The position numbers and the translations under genes are program-made. Below, in pieces: positions 1 through 8,481 of a stretch of DNA of 11,251 bases (position 1 is its first letter; every line of letters starts with the position of its first letter). A model generated the notes under the pieces. The model saw only the letters and a program-made list of their open reading frames with translations. It was not told the DNA's origin and did not search any database. Origin of the DNA: an uncultured bacterium (GTDB lineage: Bacteria > Lernaellota > Lernaellaia > Lernaellales > Lernaellaceae); contig CAZHPN010000188.1 of NCBI GenBank assembly GCA_964534375.1, forward strand, positions 1 to 11,251, given 5' to 3'.

Positions 1-2
1 TG

Positions 3-44
3 CCGCGTGAAATCTTTGCACCAGAACAAGAAACAAAGGAATAG
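3..44 (+). CDS. Possible 3' end of an upstream gene entering the window (...PREIFAPEQETKE*)
   Basis: Frame 3 reads CCG CGT GAA ATC TTT GCA CCA GAA CAA GAA ACA AAG GAA TAG TAG: a protein-like C-terminus, tandem stops, then hairpins. Too short to verify. Confidence 0.25.
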   Translation, partial: PREIFAPEQETKE

Positions 45-317
45 TAGTACAGAGAGCACAGCGAATCAAACATTATTAGGCTCTGTACTACTATCCGCGA
101 ATTTCTTCGCTCGGCGCGAAGAATTTGGAAAGTTGAATACAACCGCAGATTACGCCGATGAACGCAGATTAGCGTGGCGGGCCGGGGCGAAATTTCGGCC
201 GCCGAAATTTCGATTTCCCGGCCCGCAAATCTGCGCCAATCTGCGCAATCTGCGGCTAAAGAAAAATCATTTGGTTGCGGCCGAAGGCCGCGCTAAGATC
301 TCTGTGTCTCTGTGGTT
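41..317. repeat. Composite palindromic intergenic repeat region (REP/MITE-like)
   Basis: 14-bp inverted repeat ATAGTAGTACAGAG (41-54) / CTCTGTACTACTAT (81-94). TTCTTCGC/GCGAAGAA hairpin (103-123). CGCAGATT arms (143-170) opposite AATCTGCG x3 (228-255), enclosing CGAAATTTCGGC-C-GCCGAAATTTCG (188-212). GCGGCC-GAA-GGCCGC (277-291). TCTCTGTGTCTCTGTGG (about 299-315). Confidence 0.75.
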
Positions 318-339
318 CAATCCAAAATCGTCCGCGGCC

Positions 340-1653
340 TCACCCGCCGGGAAACAGGTCGTGCAGAATCTGCAGGATGGTGACGATCTTGGTCTTCAAG
401 CCGGTCGGGTCGGCGTCGTAATAGCTCTTGCCGAAATCGATCGACAGGAACGACCAATCCGGAATGATCGCCGGCAACCCGAAGGCCGTCAGCAGGGGAT
501 TCAAATATGACAGCAGGAACGGATGCGGCACGCCGTGGTCGATGTCGTACGCCGTGTAGTCGAGGAAGCTCGCGGCCAGGTGCTGCAACACGCCCTGGAT
601 GGCCCAGGCCACCTGGTTCTCGCTCGGGGTGAGATCGCCCCACGACGGCACGATCAACGGGTCGTTGGGGTTCCATTGGTGCGTGCCGCTGAGGTCGTCA
701 TAACCGAGCACGGTGCCGGCCGGAGTGCCGCTCTCCTTCGTCATCATCGTGAAGGTTTCCGAGGCGTGCAGGAAGCCCAGGCCGGCCTCCAACCCCGCGG
801 CCTTCCACGGCGCCGCGTTGTCTTTGAGCGTGAGGAAGTCCGGGAACAGCGGGTTGTCGAAAAGTTCGAGCAACAGATTGACGAAATTGCCGAACACGAC
901 GTCGAACGACCCGTGGAAATCGAAGCCCACGATCTCGAAAATGACGCCGAGTTCGCAATCCAGATTCAGCGCCGGCACATGCGCAAGCAGGCCGCCGATC
1001 GAGCCGGCCCAGGCCTCGGCCGCCACCGCCGCGGTCAGGTCGAAGTTGCCGTTGGGGTTGGCCACCTGGGCGAAATTGAGAATGATCGGCATCGAAGCCA
1101 ACGGGTAGACGATCGTGGGATCGTTCGCGCGCAACCACTCGACCTCGGCGATGGCCTCATTCGCGGAGTCGACGTAGGCGGAGTTGATGATAATGTCCAC
1201 CAGTTCGTCAAAGAAACCCTGACCGGTTTGCGGCTCGTCGAATTTCGTCGGCGGCTGGTAGCCTTTGATCGCGGCCGCCACGTAAGAAACGATGATGGAA
1301 ATCGTGTCGAATTGGTTCAACGTGTCGGCTAGCGTCAGACCATAGCGGCAATTGACCGCGTCCGGGTCGATGCTCAAGCCCTGCTGGAACTGCAGCGCCG
1401 ACAGGCCGCCGTTGCCCGTGAGCAACAACTGTTTGCCGGCTTCGCAATACGGCTCGGCCGGCGACGGCGAGGTGTCGTCGTCCGCTGGCGAAGCGTCGTC
1501 ATCGTCCGGCGAGGCGTCGTCGTCCGCCGGCGTAACGTCGTCATCTGCCGCCGTGGAACTGCTCGATTTGCTGCTGCTGGCGCACGCGGCCGCCAACATG
1601 ACGATTGCGGCCAAAAACACAACGATTAGGGCGAAGCGTCTAACAAATAACAT
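340..1653 (-). CDS. Uncharacterised lipoprotein (437 aa) with Ser/Asp-rich linker and helical, TPR-like N-terminal segment
   Basis: Start moved from 1689 to ATG 1653, which follows a GGGGAG RBS; the predicted -10 lies at 1690-1695. MLFVRRFALIVVFLAAIVMLAAA-C is a type II signal peptide with lipobox. It is followed by SSSKSSSST, four (A/D)DDDxxP repeats and a globular region with GC3-biased codons. Confidence 0.85.
   Translation of the reverse strand: MLFVRRFALIVVFLAAIVMLAAACASSSKSSSSTAADDDVTPADDDASPDDDDASPADDDTSPSPAEPYCEAGKQLLLTGNGGLSALQFQQGLSIDPDAVNCRYGLTLADTLNQFDTISIIVSYVAAAIKGYQPPTKFDEPQTGQGFFDELVDIIINSAYVDSANEAIAEVEWLRANDPTIVYPLASMPIILNFAQVANPNGNFDLTAAVAAEAWAGSIGGLLAHVPALNLDCELGVIFEIVGFDFHGSFDVVFGNFVNLLLELFDNPLFPDFLTLKDNAAPWKAAGLEAGLGFLHASETFTMMTKESGTPAGTVLGYDDLSGTHQWNPNDPLIVPSWGDLTPSENQVAWAIQGVLQHLAASFLDYTAYDIDHGVPHPFLLSYLNPLLTAFGLPAIIPDWSFLSIDFGKSYYDADPTGLKTKIVTILQILHDLFPGG
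1465..1548 (-). repeat. 4 x 21-bp imperfect coding tandem repeat (ADDDVTP-ADDDASP-DDDDASP-ADDDTSP)
   Basis: Read directly from the DNA and the translation. Confidence 0.9.
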
Positions 1654-1689
1654 GAATGTCTCCCCTAGCACGATAGACTCAAGGTCCAC

Positions 1690-1718
1690 ATCATAAAAGC
1701 CTTCAAACCGACAAGCAA
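1690..1718 (-). promoter_or_regulatory. Putative sigma70 promoter of the lipoprotein gene
   Basis: Minus strand TTGCTT-17 bp-TATGAT in an AT-rich patch; the -10 ends about 36 bp upstream of ATG 1653. Confidence 0.55.
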
Positions 1719-1888
1719 TAGCAAGTTCCAGGCATTGCGAATTCTAAACAAAGTTGTGGTTGCCGCGGTCTCGTTCCGTTGGAGGCTTGACGTTCGCTCC
1801 GCAGTAGCGTGAAATGCGAATGAGACGGGCGGACGTTCCAGATTGCCGCGGTTTTGCGCAATCCGCTCCCAGGAAAGGTAAATAACGA

Positions 1889-2284
1889 ATGAAGACTGTT
1901 CATTTCTTGATGCTGTCGCTTTGCCTAGCCGCGGTCGGCGCGTTTTTGTGGGCCTGCGTCGACAGCCCCGCGGCGACCAATGGCGGTTGCACCACCAGTG
2001 AATTGGCGTGCGGCGGCAAGTGCTGCCCCGACAACGTTCACTACGCGTGCGCTTCGACCGGCTGCGTGCTGACCAGTTGCGACGAAGGTCTGATGATGTG
2101 CGGTCCCGGCTGCATTGCCGTTACGGCGGTTTGCTGCAGCCAGGTGACCGGGCTCAGTTGCGAAACCGGCGAGACTTGCTGCGGGGCCGGCTGCATACCG
2201 CTGTTCACCTCGTGCTGCTCCAACGGCCACTACTGCCCGGAGGGCACCGTCTGCTGCAACAACGGCACGCAATGTTGCCAGTAG
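1889..2284 (+). CDS. Cysteine-rich secreted protein/lipoprotein (131 aa, 24 Cys)
   Basis: AGGAAAGG RBS upstream. Signal peptide MKTVHFLMLSLCLAAVGAFLWA-C with lipobox-like LWAC. The mature part is built of repeated C-x5/6-C(C)-x3-C-x6-CC modules. Consistent TGC codon use. Confidence 0.85.
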   Translation: MKTVHFLMLSLCLAAVGAFLWACVDSPAATNGGCTTSELACGGKCCPDNVHYACASTGCVLTSCDEGLMMCGPGCIAVTAVCCSQVTGLSCETGETCCGAGCIPLFTSCCSNGHYCPEGTVCCNNGTQCCQ

Positions 2285-2397
2285 CCGCGCGCGGCTGAAG
2301 CCCGGAACTCGCCGTCGCCGATTATCGTCCGCTTCGCGGCGCCGCTCGGCGTCAGTTGCGCAACCGCCCGTCCGACCTATACTTGGTTGGGCCGTGG

Positions 2398-2426
2398 TTG
2401 ATACGGCGGGTCGGTTGTGCTAAAAG
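2398..2426 (+). promoter_or_regulatory. Possible promoter for small ORF-tatA
   Basis: TTGATA-17 bp-TAAAAG with an extended -10 TG; the final conserved T of the -10 is absent. Confidence 0.3.
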
Positions 2427-2458
2427 CGGGCCGTGCGAATGACGGGGAGGGGGCTCCG

Positions 2459-2590
2459 ATGCTCGAACGTTGGCGGAAATATTGGCCGGATGCCGTGCTG
2501 GCGGGCTTGATTCTGTACGCCTGCCTGCTCGGCTTCGCCACAGTCGACGAACTCATGGGCTGGGGCCTGATCACCCCGTACTTCAAGTAA
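2459..2590 (+). CDS. Small membrane protein (43 aa), not in the ORF track: MLERWRKYWPDAVLAGLILYACLLGFATVDELMGWGLITPYFK
   Basis: ATG 2459 follows a GGGGAGG RBS; TAA at 2588-2590, 15 bp before the tatA ATG. Basic/aromatic N-terminus, one hydrophobic helix, GC3-rich codons. Confidence 0.75.
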   Translation: MLERWRKYWPDAVLAGLILYACLLGFATVDELMGWGLITPYFK

Positions 2591-2605
2591 AGCGAGGACA
2601 GCAAC

Positions 2606-2842
2606 ATGTTTCACGGCATCGGTTTCGGCGAACTGCTCGTCATTCTGGTGATCGTCATTATCGTTTTTGGCGTGGGCAAACTGCCGGAAGTCGGCCGCGG
2701 CCTGGGCAAGGGCATCCGCGAGTTCCGCGAGGCGACCAAGACGGAAGAAGAGAAGATCCGCGATCGGGAAGACAAAGCGCGGATCACGGCGGAAGCGAGC
2801 AAGACCGAAGACCCGAACAAAACCACCGACAAGCCGGCCTGA
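2606..2842 (+). CDS. tatA: Twin-arginine translocase TatA/TatE subunit (78 aa)
   Basis: [40 protein letters not shown] helix, FG hinge, amphipathic helix and charged tail; GAGGA RBS. Confidence 0.96.
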   Translation: MFHGIGFGELLVILVIVIIVFGVGKLPEVGRGLGKGIREFREATKTEEEKIRDREDKARITAEASKTEDPNKTTDKPA

Positions 2843-2861
2843 AGCGGCGACGGCCCGCCAG

Positions 2862-3245
2862 CGAATAATGGGAATCATGGGAAGCCCGGGAAGCCTGAGA
2901 CGGCTTGCGCGGGCTTTGTGCCTTCAACACCAATTTGGGCGCTGAAAAGGGCCTGCGACTAGATAGGTCTTATAGGTCCTATAGGTCGTATAGGCCCTAT
3001 CGAGACTGTCGATTTTCTCGGATTGATCGATTTTGGCGAACGCGTCCCCCGCATAATGGCGAATGGCGAATGCAGAATCGCCGACGCGGCCCGAAATTCG
3101 CCATTCGCCATTCAACATTCAACATTTCGGTTTGCGCGCCCCAAAAAACTCAAGTTCGCAGCGATCGGTGGTCGGCGGTCGCGTGCGGAAGCGTAATCTT
3201 GTCGACAGTCTCTATCGCGCCGATGATTCGCATAATTCCCAGGCT
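2862..3245. repeat. Nested inverted/short tandem repeat region between convergent tatA and the AK-HSDH gene
   Basis: 9-mers GAATAATGG/GAATCATGG/GAAGCCCGG/GAAGCCTGA (about 2862-2898), mirrored at about 3221-3245. (T/G)ATAGGYCN x4 (2962-2997). 11-bp IR GAGACTGTCGA (3002-3012) / TCGACAGTCTC (3202-3212). Heptamers AATGGCG x2 + AATGCAG (3055-3075) opposite ATTCGCC x2 + ATTCAAC x2 (3096-3123). Confidence 0.8.
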
Positions 3246-5827
3246 CATCTGCCTCGCAGGGTCATCGAGGTTTTGAGGATATCCGACAGCACCCCGGCCG
3301 CGGTGACCAGGCCGCCGGCCCCCGCGCCTTGCACGATCAGCGGGTAATCGTGGTGCCGTTCGGTCGTGAAGGCGACGAACGCTTCGGTGCCGCGCAGGCG
3401 CGTCGCCGGGTGGTCCATCGGCACGTCGAGCGGGCCGACCTCGACCAGCGAGCGGCCGTCGCCGGGCCGCGCGCTCGGGTCGACGCGCGCCAGATATCGC
3501 AAAATCCGGTTTTCCTGCCGCAGCCGGTCGAGGCGGGCGCCGATCACCGCGTCGTAACCCTTTAGCGCCTCGTAAAATTCGGCCAGCGGCATCGGCCGCA
3601 GCATTTCCGCCGGCACCAGCGGCTCGACGCGAATGTCCGCGAACGCCAGCGGCAGGCCGAGTTCGCGCGACAGAATCAGCGCCTTGCGCGCCGCGTCCGT
3701 GCCCGACAGATCGTCTTGCGGATTGGGCTCGGTGTAGCCCAATTCCCGGGCTTTGCGCGTCGCCTCGGAAAGCGGCACGCCGCGCATGATTTCGTTGGTG
3801 ATATAGCCGAGCGTGCCCGAAAACGAACCCTCGATCAGCAGCGCGTGGTCGCCGGTGCGCACCAGGTTTTTCAGCGTCTCGATCACCGGCAGGCTCGCGC
3901 CGACCGTCGTCGAATAGAGATAGCCGCGGTGGCTGCGGCGCGCCGCGTCCATCAGCCGTTCGCGGTCCGGCCACGGAATGGTCAGCGGCTTCTTGTTCGC
4001 GGCGACGACGTGAATGCCGCGCGCGAACGCCTGCTCGTACAATTCCTCCATGCCGTCGGCGCCCGAACAATCGACCAGGATCGGCACCGGCAGCCGGCGC
4101 AACTGGTCCAGCAACGGCGTCAAATCGCCGAAGCCCGGGGCGCGGGCCGGCGCGGCGGCGAGGATTTCTTCCCATTTGTCGAGGTCGATGCCCTCTTCGT
4201 GGAAAACCACGCGGGCGCTGTCGCCGATGCCGACCACGCGCAGCGACACCTCGTTGTCGCGTTCGAGCCGCGCGCGTTCGTCGCGGATCTGCCGCAGCAG
4301 GCAGCCGCCGACCGTGCCCTTGCCGAGCAGCAGCAGCGAGACTTCCTGGTGCGCGAAATTGAACGCCGCGTGCACGGTGCGCACCGCCACCTGCGTGTCC
4401 GCCGCGTCGATCACGCACGAGATCGAGCGCGAACTGGCGCCTTGCGCGATGGCGCGAATCGGCACGCCGACCATGCCGAGCGATTGGAAAAAGCGGCCGT
4501 CGACGTTCACCGTGCGGCCCATCGCTTCGGCGACGAGGGTCAGCAGCGTCACGGGTTGCCGCACGTCGGTCGGCTCGACTTCGCCGCGGTGCAACTCCAT
4601 CGCCAACTCTTCGTGGATCGCGGCCGTCGCGCGTTCGACGTCGGAAATGCGCACGGCCGCCGCCACCGCCTGCCCGTGCGCGCTCAGCGACGCCATCCAG
4701 ATCGTGACGCCCGCGTTTTCCAGCGCCGTCAGCACGCGTCCGCTCACCTGCGCGCGCATGGCGATGCGGCGCACCTGCACGCCCAGCAGCGCCAGGTTCT
4801 CGATCGAGGTCACCGACGTCGCGGAGTTTTCGTCTTCGGCCCCCTGGGCGTCGATCAACGTGCCGGGGTCGTCCGGCTGCATCGTATTGCGGATGCGCAT
4901 CGCGATGCCGGATTCGATCAGCGGAATCATCGTGCGCGGGTGGAACATCGGCGCGCCGAAGTCGACCAATTCGAGCGCTTCCATGTAACTCAGGCGCGCG
5001 AGCGGGTACGCGTCGGCGACGATGCCCGGGTCGGCGGTCATGACGCCCGAGACGTCCGTCCAGATCACAACCTCTTCCGCGGCGAGCCAGCGCGCGAGCA
5101 TCGTGGCCGTGTAATCGGAGCCGTTGCGGCCGAGGGTCGTCGTGCGGCCATCGACCGTGCGGCCGAGAAAGCCGGTGGTGATCGGCGCCTTGCCGTCCCA
5201 GCCGGCCGCGAGTTCGGCGAGCCGCGCGCGCGTCGCGTCTTGATCGACCATCGCGGCGCCGAAGCGGTCGTCGGTGACCGTCCAGTCGCGCGAATCGACG
5301 AACACCGCCGGGATGCCGCGGGCGACGAGCAACTCCGTCAGCACCGCGCCGCTCAGCCGTTCGCCGAACGACATCACCAGGTCGAGGGTCTGGGCCGTTT
5401 GCTCGCGCAGCAGGCTGACGGCGTAGAGCAATTGGCGCAGGGGGAGGAGCAGCTCGCGCACGGTCGGCGTGATCGACGGCTTGTGCGCGGGCTTGCCGTG
5501 CTGTTGCTCGAACTGGCGCAGAATCATCAGGCCGTTCGAGGTGGTCAGATCCATCACCTCGTCGACGATTCGTTCGGCGCCGGTCAAATCGCCGCCGGCC
5601 GCCATTTCGGCCGCTTCGAGCAACCGATCCGTCGTGCGTTCCATCGCCGAAACCACTACCGCGATCGGGCCTTCGCGAAATGAACGCACGATGATTTCGA
5701 TCGCGCGCGTGAGCCGGTCCGCCGAACCGACGGACGTGCCGCCGAACTTGAGCACGCGGTATTTTTTCGCGGGCGCGTTCTGCGGCGCTTCGGTGGATGC
5801 GTCGCTCGGCGTTTCCTTCTTCTTCAT
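3245..5827 (-). CDS. thrA: Bifunctional aspartate kinase / homoserine dehydrogenase (860 aa; ThrA-type architecture, in a methionine operon)
   Basis: AK motifs KFGGTSVG, VVVSAM, SFGERLS, TTLGRNGSDYTA, IWTDVSGVMTADP. Two ACT-like segments. HSDH motifs GKGTVGG, AANKK, TVGASLP, SGTLGYI, GYTEPNPQDDLSGTDAARK. Confidence 0.95.
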   Translation of the reverse strand: MKKKETPSDASTEAPQNAPAKKYRVLKFGGTSVGSADRLTRAIEIIVRSFREGPIAVVVSAMERTTDRLLEAAEMAAGGDLTGAERIVDEVMDLTTSNGLMILRQFEQQHGKPAHKPSITPTVRELLLPLRQLLYAVSLLREQTAQTLDLVMSFGERLSGAVLTELLVARGIPAVFVDSRDWTVTDDRFGAAMVDQDATRARLAELAAGWDGKAPITTGFLGRTVDGRTTTLGRNGSDYTATMLARWLAAEEVVIWTDVSGVMTADPGIVADAYPLARLSYMEALELVDFGAPMFHPRTMIPLIESGIAMRIRNTMQPDDPGTLIDAQGAEDENSATSVTSIENLALLGVQVRRIAMRAQVSGRVLTALENAGVTIWMASLSAHGQAVAAAVRISDVERATAAIHEELAMELHRGEVEPTDVRQPVTLLTLVAEAMGRTVNVDGRFFQSLGMVGVPIRAIAQGASSRSISCVIDAADTQVAVRTVHAAFNFAHQEVSLLLLGKGTVGGCLLRQIRDERARLERDNEVSLRVVGIGDSARVVFHEEGIDLDKWEEILAAAPARAPGFGDLTPLLDQLRRLPVPILVDCSGADGMEELYEQAFARGIHVVAANKKPLTIPWPDRERLMDAARRSHRGYLYSTTVGASLPVIETLKNLVRTGDHALLIEGSFSGTLGYITNEIMRGVPLSEATRKARELGYTEPNPQDDLSGTDAARKALILSRELGLPLAFADIRVEPLVPAEMLRPMPLAEFYEALKGYDAVIGARLDRLRQENRILRYLARVDPSARPGDGRSLVEVGPLDVPMDHPATRLRGTEAFVAFTTERHHDYPLIVQGAGAGGLVTAAGVLSDILKTSMTLRGR

Positions 5828-5830
5828 CGC

Positions 5831-6904
5831 TTATTCCTTTTCCAATTCGACGCGCCGCCGAAATTCGACGACCATTTCGCTCAGCGCGTCCGTATCGATC
5901 AAAAACGAATCGTGGCCGTGAGGCGAATCGAGCCGGCGCAACTCCGCGTGCGGCAGCAGCCGCGCCAGTTCCTCTTGCTCCTCGGGCGGGTAGAGCACAT
6001 CCGACGGAATCGACACGACCAGCGCCGGCTGCCGGACGCCGCGCAGCGTTTCTTCGTAGCCGCCGCGGCCGCGCGCTACGTCGTGCGCGTCCATCGCTTC
6101 GGTCAATTTCATATACGTGCAGGCGTCGAAGCGGTCCACCAGCTTGCGGCCCTGGTGGCGCAGGTAGCTCTCGACCGCGAACAGGCCCGTTTCGTCTTGC
6201 GGCCGGCGGTCGAATCGTTGGTCGAAACTCGCGCGGCTGCGGTACGTGCACATCGCGATCATGCGCGCGACGGCGAGGCCCGCCGCCGGCGGCGATTCCG
6301 GCGCATAGCGGCCGTCGCGCCAGAGCGGATCGGCGCAGATCGCCTGCCGTTGGGCCTCGGACAAGCCGATGCACCACGCGGAATGCCGGCCGGAGACGGC
6401 GATCGGGGCGACCGCGCGAACCAGCGCCGGATAGAGCAGCGGCCATTCGAGCGCCAGCATGCCGCCGAGCGAGCCGCCGAGCGCCAGTTGCACGCGGCGC
6501 ACGCCCAGATGCTGCAGCAGGGCGAATTGCAGGCGCACCATGTCGCGCACGGTGACCGGCGGGAAATCGGGGCCGTAGCGCCGGCCGGAAGCCGGATCGA
6601 TCGCGGTTGGCCCGGTTGTGCCATAGCAACTGCCGAGCAGATTCGCGCAGACGACGAAGTCGCGGTCCGGATCGAGCGCGCGGCCGGGCCCGAACATGCC
6701 GGCCCACCAGCGATCCGCATCCGCCGAGCCGGTCAGGGCGTGGCAGACGACGACCGCGTTGTCGCCGGCTTCGTTCAGCACGCCCCACGTGCGGTAGGCG
6801 ACGCGCACGGGCGCCAGCCGCCGGCCCGCTTCGAGTTCGACGCCGTCGGGCAGGTCGAAGAACCGCGTTTCAGGCGAGACGAGGTTTTCGAGGTCCGCGC
6901 CCAT
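5831..6904 (-). CDS. metX: Homoserine O-acetyltransferase (alpha/beta hydrolase, MetX family, 357 aa)
   Basis: VCHALTG, NLLGSCYGTTGP, nucleophile elbow GGSLGGM, SDVLYP (Asp), HGHDSFL (His). AAGGAG RBS; 9 bp after the metY stop and 3 bp before the AK-HSDH start. Confidence 0.96.
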   Translation of the reverse strand: MGADLENLVSPETRFFDLPDGVELEAGRRLAPVRVAYRTWGVLNEAGDNAVVVCHALTGSADADRWWAGMFGPGRALDPDRDFVVCANLLGSCYGTTGPTAIDPASGRRYGPDFPPVTVRDMVRLQFALLQHLGVRRVQLALGGSLGGMLALEWPLLYPALVRAVAPIAVSGRHSAWCIGLSEAQRQAICADPLWRDGRYAPESPPAAGLAVARMIAMCTYRSRASFDQRFDRRPQDETGLFAVESYLRHQGRKLVDRFDACTYMKLTEAMDAHDVARGRGGYEETLRGVRQPALVVSIPSDVLYPPEEQEELARLLPHAELRRLDSPHGHDSFLIDTDALSEMVVEFRRRVELEKE

Positions 6905-6913
6905 GCTGCTCCT

Positions 6914-8269
<1,356 letters not shown>

Positions 8270-8341
8270 CTACTTCAACCACGGGAGTTTGTCCAGATTG
8301 GCGCGCCGTGGCTGCGCCGCGCCCAGGCGCAAGGTGGGGCG

Positions 8342-8377
8342 CTGGGAGTCATGGGAGTTCTGGAAAATCTGGGAAAT
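8342..8377. repeat. 4 x 9-bp imperfect tandem repeat (CTGGGAGTC ATGGGAGTT CTGGAAAAT CTGGGAAAT)
   Basis: Read directly; same TGGGAR core and 9-bp period as the repeat at about 2862-2898. Confidence 0.7.
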
Positions 8378-8450
8378 GCGCGGCGCCGCGTCGCACAACT
8401 TGTGTTGTTTTCGTCGACTCTGCGAACGACGGCCGGCTTCCGGCTGCCGA

Positions 8451-8478
8451 CTTTTTCCTTTTTCCTTTTTCCTTCCCC
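8451..8478. repeat. Heptamer tandem repeat (CTTTTTC)x3 + CTTCCCC
   Basis: Read directly; lies immediately downstream of the ispH-fusion stop codon. Confidence 0.8.
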
Positions 8479-8481
8479 CGC

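Noticed and set aside
7..510. 167-aa plus-strand ORF
   Set aside because: Runs through the palindromic repeats (ICANLRNLR, SVSLWF are translated repeat units) and lies antisense to the lipoprotein 3' end.
1627..1653. Twin-arginine signal (VRRFAL) in the lipoprotein, given the nearby tatA
   Set aside because: Poor match to S/T-R-R-x-F-L-K with a very short n-region; a Sec/SPII signal is more parsimonious.
1787..1815. TTGACG-17-TGAAAT promoter for the Cys-rich gene
   Set aside because: Good -35 but the -10 lacks the conserved A; not supportable.
1889..2284. Cys-rich ORF as a RiPP precursor or multiheme cytochrome
   Set aside because: No modifying enzymes nearby and no CxxCH motifs; it carries a lipoprotein-type signal.
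2862..3126. Possible CRISPR array
   Set aside because: Units are 7-9 bp and adjacent, with no unique spacers and no cas genes.
2905..3276. 123-aa ORF with RSYRSYRSYRPY, and the overlapping 2924-3118 and 3063-3347 ORFs
   Set aside because: Translations of the 9-mer and 7-mer DNA repeats; no RBS and atypical codons.
3150..6788. 1212-aa minus-strand ORF
   Set aside because: Arg/Ala/Pro-rich alternative frame overlapping metX and AK-HSDH; typical high-GC shadow ORF.
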